Of a DNA stretch of 64,000 bases, positions 57,550 through 64,000 are shown piece by piece. Every line of letters starts with the position of its first letter. Position 1 is the stretch's first letter. The notes below the pieces were generated by a model. The model worked only from the letters and a program-made list of their open reading frames with translations, did no database searches and was not told the origin of the DNA. This DNA is from an uncultured Spirochaetota bacterium (lineage in GTDB: Bacteria; Spirochaetota; Spirochaetia; Treponematales; UBA12059): positions 4,309 to 68,308 of the forward strand of contig CALMRC010000052.1 in the NCBI GenBank assembly GCA_937873275.1, written 5' to 3'. Made by a program: the position numbers and the translations under genes.

Positions 57550-58679
57550 TTGGCCGCTTCCATGATCTTGTCGTGGATCTCGTCGGGTCGGAAGAGATCC
57601 CCGTTCACCTTGCCGATGCGCACCACGGGCGCATGACAGCCTACGGTCCGCTCCACCTCGTAGGCGAGCTGTCCCAGGTTCATCTCCGGGACGAGCACCG
57701 CCTTGGCGGACTTGGAAAGCTCCCGGACCACCTCCTCGGGGAAGGGCCAGATCGTCTTTAACCGGAGCATCCCCGCCTTGACGCCCTCCCGTCGTGCCCG
57801 GCGCACCGCGGACAGGGCGCTCATGGCGGAGCTCCCGAAGGAGACCACGAGGATCTCGCAGTCCTCCGTGGACTCCGTGACGTAATCCCGGATCACCGGC
57901 TCGTTCTTGGAGACCTTGCGGTCGAGCCGCCGGAGGAGCCTGTCCGCGACCTCCGCCTTGCCCGAGGGGAAGCCGGTCTCGTCGTGGAAGAGGCCGGTAA
58001 CGTGCCAACGGTAGCCTTCCCCGAAGGGTGCCATGAGGGGGACGCCGCCGTCCGGGTCCGCCTCGTAGGGGCGGTAGCCGCCGGGGGCGGCGGGCCGGGC
58101 CCGGTCCTCGACCTCGACGTCCTTCCAGTCCGGAAGCACCACCTTCTCCCGCATGTGGCCGATCACCTCGTCCGTGAGGACGACCACGGGGACCCGGTAG
58201 CGTTCCGCGAGGTTGAAGGCCCGTACGGTCAGGTCGAAGCATTCCTTGACGTTTCCGGGGGCCAGGACGATGACCGGATGGTCCCCGTGGGTGCCCCACC
58301 GGGCCTGCATGACGTCGCCCTGGGCCGGGGACGTCGGCATGCCCGTGGAGGGGCCCATCCGCTGGACGTTGATTATGACGACGGGCACCTCGGTCTCCGA
58401 GGCGTACCCGAGGCTTTCCTGCATCAAGGAGAAGCCCGGACCGCTGGTCGCGGTCATGGCCTTCTTCCCCGTCAAGGAGGCGCCGATGATGGCGGCGATG
58501 GAGCCGATCTCGTCCTCCATCTGCACGAACTTGCCCCCGACCTTGGGCAGTTCCTCGGAGCAGAGCTCCGCGATCTCCGTGGACGGGGTGATGGGATAGC
58601 CGGCGAAGAACTCGAGCCCCGCGACCAGGGCTCCGATCGTGCAGGCCTCGTTCCCCTGCATCAGCTTGGCGCTAGGCAT
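57546..58679 (-). CDS. korA: 2-oxoacid:ferredoxin oxidoreductase alpha subunit
   Basis: 377 aa with GNEACTIGALVAG, YPITPSTEI and TSGPGFSLM motifs. Confidence 0.9.
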   Translation of the reverse strand: MPSAKLMQGNEACTIGALVAGLEFFAGYPITPSTEIAELCSEELPKVGGKFVQMEDEIGSIAAIIGASLTGKKAMTATSGPGFSLMQESLGYASETEVPVVIINVQRMGPSTGMPTSPAQGDVMQARWGTHGDHPVIVLAPGNVKECFDLTVRAFNLAERYRVPVVVLTDEVIGHMREKVVLPDWKDVEVEDRARPAAPGGYRPYEADPDGGVPLMAPFGEGYRWHVTGLFHDETGFPSGKAEVADRLLRRLDRKVSKNEPVIRDYVTESTEDCEILVVSFGSSAMSALSAVRRARREGVKAGMLRLKTIWPFPEEVVRELSKSAKAVLVPEMNLGQLAYEVERTVGCHAPVVRIGKVNGDLFRPDEIHDKIMEAAK

Positions 58680-58941
58680 GGGTGGCCTCCGGCGGAATCG
58701 AATAGTCCACGGTGGTTTCCTCCTCGGGTTCCGGGACGGCGGAGGCCTCGCGGATCTCGATGGCGAAATCGGGACAGCGAAGCTCGCACAGGCGGCAGCC
58801 GATGCAGTCGTGGGGCCGTTCGGCGAACACCTTCCCGTTGACCAGGGTCAGGACTTTCTTGGGGCAGTAGGCCACGCAGATGTTGCAGCCCTTGCACCAT
58901 TTCTCCCGGATGACGTGCACGTAGGATTTCTTGTCGCTCAT
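58672..58941 (-). CDS. korD: 2-oxoacid:ferredoxin oxidoreductase delta subunit (2x[4Fe-4S] ferredoxin)
   Basis: Track ORF trimmed to ATG 58941 (MSDKKSY) with GGAGAA upstream. Contains CKGCNICVAYCP and CIGCRLCELRCP. Confidence 0.85.
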   Translation of the reverse strand: MSDKKSYVHVIREKWCKGCNICVAYCPKKVLTLVNGKVFAERPHDCIGCRLCELRCPDFAIEIREASAVPEPEEETTVDYSIPPEATHA

Positions 58942-59144
58942 GGTTCTCCACGCTTTCGTGGTATCGTTGCTGCGCCGCCCCAGCGGCGCGGAACGGATGC
59001 CTCCGACTGTCGAGGTATGCTCGCGTTCCTGGGGGTATCTGTCTCCGGCGGTTGCTTGAGGATATACCAGCGAATCCTTCCTGTAAAGCGCGCGCGGTGC
59101 AGACCTGCCCCGAATCATCCTACACCGCCAGTCCGGATAGGTCT

Positions 59145-59198
59145 AATAAAATTTTTTATTCTGAAACAATAGACGTTCTCTATGATTCCGGGTATACT
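59145..59198. promoter_or_regulatory. AT-only island with palindrome; divergent promoter/operator region between the kor operon and lysR
   Basis: AATAAAA-TT-TTTTATT palindrome (59145-59160) and ATT-N7-AAT dyad (59158-59170). Plus-strand TAGACG (59170-75), 17 nt, then TATACT (59193-98). Minus-strand TTGTTT...TATTAG candidates. Confidence 0.45.
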
Positions 59199-59226
59199 CG
59201 GCACGCCGACGGGAAGGACGGCCTTC

Positions 59227-60111
59227 ATGACCCTCCAGCAGCTTCGATACTTCCAGGTCCTGGCCAAGGTCGAGCACTATACCAAGGCCTCCCAGGCCCT
59301 GTGCATCACCCAGCCGAGCCTCAGCTACGCCATGTCGGAGCTGGAAAAGGAACTGGACGTCCAGCTCTTCGACAAGCACGGGAAGAAGATCTCCCTGAGC
59401 GCGCAGGGACACACGTTCCTTAAATACGTGGACGCATCCCTGTCCACCCTCGACGAGGGTATAGAATCCGTCCGCCTGTCCGGTCCCCTCCAGGGCCGGG
59501 TCACCCTCGGCTACATCTCGAGCCTGGGCTCCACCTTCCTCCCGGAGATACTGACCAGCTTCTACAAGGCTCCGGGCAACGAGAAGGTAACCTTCAATTT
59601 CGTTCAGAACCTCAACAACGCCCTGATCGAGGGCCTCAAGCAGGGGGATATCGACCTTGCCTTCTGCCCGGATCCGTCCAAGGACGTGGCCTCCGTTCCG
59701 ATTCTGCGGCAGGAGCTCTTCCTCGTGATCCCCCGGGACCATCGATTCGCCGAGAGGACGGAAATCGACATCCACGAGGTCAAGGACGAACCCTTCATCC
59801 TCACCAACCGGAAAAGCGGGCTCCGGCGCATGATCGGCAACATCTTCCGGGAGATGAAGATCCGGCCGAAGGTGTCCTTCGAGGCCGAAGACTGCAACGT
59901 GGCCATCACCTTCGTCTCCCTGCATTACGGCCTGTCCATAATACCGACCACCCCGAACCTCGGCAATCCGGACGTCCTGGGTATCCCGATCAAGAATCCC
60001 GAGTTCTCCCGTACGGTGTACATGGCTTGGTTTCCTTCCCGGAACCTGGCGCCGGTGGTCCGGAAAGTGCGGGATTTCATATCCGAGCGCAGGGCGGCCG
60101 CCTGCGTCTGA
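59227..60111 (+). CDS. LysR-family transcriptional regulator
   Basis: Track ORF trimmed to ATG 59227. N-terminal HTH (MTLQQLRYFQVLAKVEHYTKASQALCITQPSLSYAMSELE) plus a substrate-binding domain. Confidence 0.9.
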   Translation: MTLQQLRYFQVLAKVEHYTKASQALCITQPSLSYAMSELEKELDVQLFDKHGKKISLSAQGHTFLKYVDASLSTLDEGIESVRLSGPLQGRVTLGYISSLGSTFLPEILTSFYKAPGNEKVTFNFVQNLNNALIEGLKQGDIDLAFCPDPSKDVASVPILRQELFLVIPRDHRFAERTEIDIHEVKDEPFILTNRKSGLRRMIGNIFREMKIRPKVSFEAEDCNVAITFVSLHYGLSIIPTTPNLGNPDVLGIPIKNPEFSRTVYMAWFPSRNLAPVVRKVRDFISERRAAACV

Positions 60112-60118
60112 AGGCCGG

Positions 60119-60150
60119 CCGGGAGGATTGCCTCTCCCGGTGTTTCTTTA
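60119..60150 (+). terminator. Rho-independent terminator after lysR
   Basis: 7-bp stem ccgggag/ctcccgg with an 8-nt loop, followed by TGTTTCTTTA. Confidence 0.55.
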
Positions 60151-60196
60151 TAGACTATAGGCCGAGTAAGAATTCCCCCGACCCCAGGAGGACGGC

Positions 60197-61882
60197 ATGA
60201 AGAACTCCCTGCTCATCCGGGACCTGACCCTTCGGGACGGCCAGCAATCCCAGTTCGCCACCCGTATGACCCAGGCCCAGGTCGACCGCGTGCTGCCGCA
60301 CTACCGCCGGGCCCGGTTCTATGCCATGGAGGTCTGGGGAGGCGCCGTCCCGGACTCCATCATGCGGTATTTGGCGGAAAACCCCTGGACGCGGCTGGAA
60401 TCCATCAAGGCCGGCGTCGGGGACTCCTCCAAGCTGACCGCCCTTTCCCGGGGCCGCAACCTCTTCGGCTACACCCCCTATCCGGAATCCGTCATCGAGG
60501 GCTTCTGCCGCAACTCCGTCCGCTCCGGCATCGACATCATGCGGATCTTCGACGCCCTGAACGACATTTCGAACATGACGGGCACCCTCCGCTACGTGAA
60601 GGAGAACGGGGGCATGGCGGACTGCGCCATCTGCTACACCGTGGATCCGCGCTTCACCCGGGGAGAGCGGATCAAGGCCTTCCTCTCCGGCAAGCGACTT
60701 CCCGACAGACTCTTCACGATTCCCTACTACGTCGCCCGGGCCAAGGAGCTGGAGAGCCTGGGCGCCGACATGATTTCCATAAAGGACATGGCGGGCCTCA
60801 TCGATCCGGCCACCGCGGGCCATCTCATCCGGGCCCTCAAGGACGCCCTCTCCATCCCGGTGGACCTCCACACCCACTGCACCCCGGGGTTCGGCACCGC
60901 CAGCCTCCTCATGGGCATGGCGAACGGTGTGGACATCGTCGACACCGTCATCCTCCCCTTCTCCGGGGGCCCCGCCGCCCCCGCCTACGAGATCATCCAG
61001 ATCTTCGCGGACCGGATGGGGCTGGATACGGGGGTGGACCGGGCGGCCGTCCAGGCAATCAGCGACGAACTGCGGGCGATCCGGGAGGACCTGGCCAAGT
61101 TCGACCAGTACAAGCGCATGCCCCCCGCCTTCGACATCCGGAATCCCGAGCTCCCGCCGGACGTCTCCCGGCTCTTCGACGACGCGATCGCGGCGGCCCG
61201 GGCGGACAAGCCCCAGGTCGTCCTGGACCTCTGCCACCGGATCGAGGCCTACTTCAACTACCCCGAGCCGGACGACAACGTCCGGGAGGCCCAGATCCCG
61301 GGCGGGATGTACACGAACATGATGGCCCAGCTCAAGGAGGCCAAGCTGGAACAGCATCTCCGGGAGGTGCTGGCCATCGTCCCCAAGGTCCGGCTGGACG
61401 CCGGGGTCCCTCCCCTCGTCACCCCCACCAGCCAGATCGTGGGAGTCCAGGCGGTCAACTGCGTCGTCGACAAGACCCAGGGAAAGCCCTTCTACTCCAA
61501 CGTTTCCAAGAACTTCGCAGAGCTGGTCAAGGGTACCTACGGCAAGACCCCCTGGCCCGTGGATCCGGAGTTCCGCTTCAAGATCACGGGCGTCCGGGAG
61601 GAAACCCCCTACGACACCTCCGCCTATCGCAAGCAGGACAATCCGGAGCTGCCGGAATTCGGCGGAGCCCGCCTGGCCAAGGACGAGAAGGAGGAACTCC
61701 TGCTGGAGCTGTTCCCCAGCGTGGCGGACAAGTACCTGCGGGGGGTCCGGGCCCGGGAATGGGAGGAGTGGGTGGCCGCGAATCCCCCGGCGCCGGAGCC
61801 GGAGATCCGGAACGGCCCCTGGCCCGCGGAGTTCTGGGAGCTCGACCTGGCCGCCTACGCCGGGTTCACGAACCCGGCCTAG
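60197..61882 (+). CDS. Oxaloacetate decarboxylase alpha / transcarboxylase 5S-type carboxyltransferase, lacking a biotinyl domain
   Basis: 561 aa. AGGAGG upstream of ATG 60197. Contains LRDGQQS, IKDMAGL (carbamyl-Lys site), DLHTHCTPG and IPGGMYTNM motifs. No AMKM motif at the C-terminus. Confidence 0.85.
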   Translation: MKNSLLIRDLTLRDGQQSQFATRMTQAQVDRVLPHYRRARFYAMEVWGGAVPDSIMRYLAENPWTRLESIKAGVGDSSKLTALSRGRNLFGYTPYPESVIEGFCRNSVRSGIDIMRIFDALNDISNMTGTLRYVKENGGMADCAICYTVDPRFTRGERIKAFLSGKRLPDRLFTIPYYVARAKELESLGADMISIKDMAGLIDPATAGHLIRALKDALSIPVDLHTHCTPGFGTASLLMGMANGVDIVDTVILPFSGGPAAPAYEIIQIFADRMGLDTGVDRAAVQAISDELRAIREDLAKFDQYKRMPPAFDIRNPELPPDVSRLFDDAIAAARADKPQVVLDLCHRIEAYFNYPEPDDNVREAQIPGGMYTNMMAQLKEAKLEQHLREVLAIVPKVRLDAGVPPLVTPTSQIVGVQAVNCVVDKTQGKPFYSNVSKNFAELVKGTYGKTPWPVDPEFRFKITGVREETPYDTSAYRKQDNPELPEFGGARLAKDEKEELLLELFPSVADKYLRGVRAREWEEWVAANPPAPEPEIRNGPWPAEFWELDLAAYAGFTNPA

Positions 61883-62825
61883 AAGTCCCGGCCGGGGAAG
61901 TCGGCTTCGGCTTCGGCCCGGGGGCCTGGGCGATGAGCATGCCCGCGAACATGAGGGCGCAGCCCAGGAATTCCCGGCCGGAAAGCCGCTCCGAAAGCAG
62001 GAGCGCCCCTCCGACCGCCGCGAAAACGGTCTCCAGGCTCATCACGACCGCGGCCCGGGCGGGGTGGGCCTTCCGCTGGGCCACGGCCTGCAGGGTGTAG
62101 GCGATCCCGATGGAGACGAGCCCTCCGTACAATAAAGGTACCGTCGCCGAACGTATTCCTTGCCAGGCGGGAGTCTCGAAGACCAGGGCTCCCGCGGAGG
62201 TGAGGACCCCGCAGACGAGAAACTGGCCGGCGGAGAGCTCCACGGGATCCACCCGCTTGGCGAAGGTGTCCAGGAAGAGTATGTGGCCGGTCCAGAAGAA
62301 CGTGGAGGCCAGGACGATCAGGTCGCCCCGGGCGATCGTGATATTCTCGGTCACGGACAGGAAATACAATCCCCCCGCCGCCGCGGCGCACCCGATCCAC
62401 GCGAGGACCGGGGTCTTCCGCCGGAGAAACATTCCCGCCACGGGAACCAGGACCACGTAGAGCCCAGTGATGAACCCCGCCTTGCCGGCGGTGATGAACT
62501 TCATCGACCACTGCTGGAGGTTGGCGGCGACGGTGATGATGAGCCCCCCCGACAGGCTGGGAACGAGCAATTCGCGGAATCCCCCGGGAGTCCCGCCCGG
62601 GATCGCGCCGACGCCGGTTCTTTCCGCCGGTCCCCGCGTTCGGTCCAGCCTCCTTCGGAGATAGATCAACGGCAGGAGGGAAGCCCCTCCCAGGACGAAG
62701 CGGATACCGTTGTACGTGAGGGGTCCCATGTACTCCATGCCCACCCGCTGGGCCACGAAGGCGAAGCCCCAGAGGGCCGCGGTCAGGAGGAGGATCAGTT
62801 CGGAGGCGAAGGATCGGGTTTCCAT
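61866..62825 (-). CDS. DMT-superfamily (EamA-type) transporter
   Basis: Track ORF trimmed to ATG 62825 (METRSFASELILLLTAALWGFAFVAQR). About 10 TM helices in two EamA-like halves. Confidence 0.8.
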   Translation of the reverse strand: METRSFASELILLLTAALWGFAFVAQRVGMEYMGPLTYNGIRFVLGGASLLPLIYLRRRLDRTRGPAERTGVGAIPGGTPGGFRELLVPSLSGGLIITVAANLQQWSMKFITAGKAGFITGLYVVLVPVAGMFLRRKTPVLAWIGCAAAAGGLYFLSVTENITIARGDLIVLASTFFWTGHILFLDTFAKRVDPVELSAGQFLVCGVLTSAGALVFETPAWQGIRSATVPLLYGGLVSIGIAYTLQAVAQRKAHPARAAVVMSLETVFAAVGGALLLSERLSGREFLGCALMFAGMLIAQAPGPKPKPTSPAGTSRPGS

Positions 62826-62878
62826 AGGGTTCCTTTGATTCGCTGGCTTGGGAGGAGAACGGCGGCCCGGACGACGCC

Positions 62879-63937
62879 CTAGGTCTCCTCGATCTCCACG
62901 TCGTAGGGTCGGCCTTCCACGAGGACCCGGAAGCGTCGGATCGATGCGCCGGCGGGGACGGCGGTCCTCGGGGAGGCACGCCCCGAGGACTCGTCCGCGG
63001 ACCGAATCCGACCGGCGATCTCCTCGTCCCGGGCTATCCACGCGGTCCGGGCTTCCTCCAGGCCGATCCGAAGGAACCGGACCCGGTCGCCCGGCCGGGC
63101 CTGGCCGAGCTTCGAAAGGTCCGCCCGTATGACGTGGGCGATCCGGGTGTAGCCCCCCGTGGTCTGCCGGTCGGGAAGAAGGACGATGGGGAGGCCGTCC
63201 CCGGGAACCTGGACCGTACCGGTCTGCACGCCCGAGGAGACGATGTCCGCGCCTCGGGTGTGCCGAAGGGGGGTGCCTTCCAGACGGCAGCCCATGCGGT
63301 CGCTCTTGGCGGAAACCGAAAAGACTTCCCGGAAGAAGAGGTCCACCGAATCCGGCGGGAACCGGTCGAGCTCATGGGACGGAACGGCCCGTACCTGGAT
63401 ATCCACGGGGTATTCCGGCCGTATATCCTCCGGCACCCGCAGACGGGGAACCCGGGCCGTATCCTGCGTTCCCCGCAGGGGGATGCGGTCCCCGGACCGG
63501 AGAGGCCTGCCCTGCCAGCCCCCGAACCCCGCCCGGACGTAGGTGGAGCGGCTGCCGAGGACCACCGGCACGTCGAATCCCCCGGCCGCGGCCAGGTAGG
63601 CCCGGAGTCCCGTCTCGGCGGTTCCGATGGAAAGCACGTCCCCGGCCTCGGCGTACAGGGTCTCCCAAGTCGGTACGGCGATCCCGTTCAGGAGGACGGG
63701 GATCCGGGCCCCGCAGACGCTGAAGGACGCGGGACCCGTGAACTCCAGCTCGGGGCCCCGGAGGGTGCACTCCAGGCAGGCCTCCCCCCGGGCATTGCCG
63801 ACCAGGAGGTTCGCGGTTTCCAGCGCGTCCGGGTCCGCGGCGCCCGCGGGAGGCACCCCCAGGGATTGGCTCCCGAAGCGGCCGAGGTCCTGCACCGTGG
63901 TCTGGGGACCGGGATCGAGGACGAGGAGTTCCGTCAC
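62879..63937 (-). CDS. pxpC: 5-oxoprolinase subunit C / KipA-type (allophanate hydrolase subunit 2 family) with short C-terminal BCCP-N-terminus-like extension
   Basis: 352 aa from GTG 63937. Contains TVQDLGRFG, GVPPAGAAD, SDRMGCRLEG and TTGGYTRIAHVI motifs. Confidence 0.85.
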   Translation of the reverse strand: MTELLVLDPGPQTTVQDLGRFGSQSLGVPPAGAADPDALETANLLVGNARGEACLECTLRGPELEFTGPASFSVCGARIPVLLNGIAVPTWETLYAEAGDVLSIGTAETGLRAYLAAAGGFDVPVVLGSRSTYVRAGFGGWQGRPLRSGDRIPLRGTQDTARVPRLRVPEDIRPEYPVDIQVRAVPSHELDRFPPDSVDLFFREVFSVSAKSDRMGCRLEGTPLRHTRGADIVSSGVQTGTVQVPGDGLPIVLLPDRQTTGGYTRIAHVIRADLSKLGQARPGDRVRFLRIGLEEARTAWIARDEEIAGRIRSADESSGRASPRTAVPAGASIRRFRVLVEGRPYDVEIEET

Positions 63938-64000
63938 GGCCGGGCCTCCTCAATCTCGGGCCGCCATCGGTTTTCCGCGGCCGCGGCGGCCAGTTCGTCG
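63934..64000 (-). CDS. 3' end of upstream gene, probably 5-oxoprolinase subunit B (KipI-type); only the last 21 codons are in the window
   Basis: The open frame ...DELAAAAAENRWRPEIEEARP ends with a TGA overlapping the pxpC GTG (GTGA). Identity is inferred only from the usual pxpB-pxpC order. Confidence 0.35.
   Translation of the reverse strand, partial: DELAAAAAENRWRPEIEEARP

Noticed and set aside
58942-59140. Possible cobalamin riboswitch in the kor-mcm leader (GGAAGGATTCGCTGGTATATCC...CCGCCGGAGAC resembles parts of the B12 element)
   Set aside because: The similarity is fragmentary. The B12 box (GCCGGAAGACCTGCC-type) is not matched beyond GCCGGAGAC, and the conserved GGGAA/GGTG/CCCGC core is not reproduced. 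An OFF-type B12 switch in front of a B12-dependent mutase would also be counter-intuitive. It is kept only as an unassigned structured leader.

Overview
High-GC bacterial chromosomal segment (about two-thirds G+C by eye, not computed) that is very densely coding. I call 55 protein-coding genes. Most are recognisable, gaps are short, and nine gene pairs are joined by 4-nt ATGA/GTGA start/stop overlaps. I saw no rRNA, tRNA, CRISPR array, transposase, integrase or phage gene. This reads as core chromosome of an anaerobic, fermentative, diderm organism (lipoboxes, and a large signal-peptide protein ending in Phe), not an accessory island. Taxonomy cannot be fixed from the sequence alone.

The supplied ORF track is dominated by long Arg/Pro/Gly-rich shadow ORFs antisense to real genes, a high-GC artefact. 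It also takes TTG/GTG as starts, so many starts were re-trimmed by hand. One edge gene (1..1677, minus strand) is missing from the track.

Main blocks:
- 1-11.5 kb: DEAH helicase, ArsB/NhaD permease, aminopeptidase-like lipoprotein, hemerythrin/DUF438/PAS protein, ABC-F ATPase, CapA-like lipoprotein, DEAD-box helicase, PlsC.
- 11.5-16.2 kb: GntR regulator, glycyl-radical activase, dehydratase-type glycyl radical enzyme, macro domain.
- 16.2-25.2 kb: orphan sigma54 response regulator, AmrB/AmrA pair, ASCH protein, two coupled HisKA_2 kinases, MobA, pirin.
- 25.3-33.2 kb: small ORF, FemAB, MetRS, and a 1355-aa predicted outer-membrane protein.
- 33.2-40.7 kb: S4-like membrane protein, DUF503, two lipoproteins, DinB, a large membrane protein, and a conserved-looking unknown protein.
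- 40.8-48.8 kb: PPDK, EndoIII-like protein, and an rpe-TPR-secreted-TPR-dtd operon.
- 49-59 kb: a 12-gene operon, korDABC - mcm - meaB - epimerase - Na+-pumping methylmalonyl-CoA decarboxylase.
- 59-64 kb: LysR, a biotin-less carboxyltransferase, a DMT transporter, and PxpC/PxpB.

I found no clear-cut novel system. The best leads are:
- the orphan glycyl-radical-enzyme cassette;
- the single-operon 2-oxoglutarate-to-propionyl-CoA/Na+ pump route and its AT-only control island;
- a pore-less S4-type membrane protein next to DUF503 and lipoproteins;
- an Ala/Lys/Pro histone-like tail on PPDK;
- a GHKL-like unknown protein;
- the giant outer-membrane protein.
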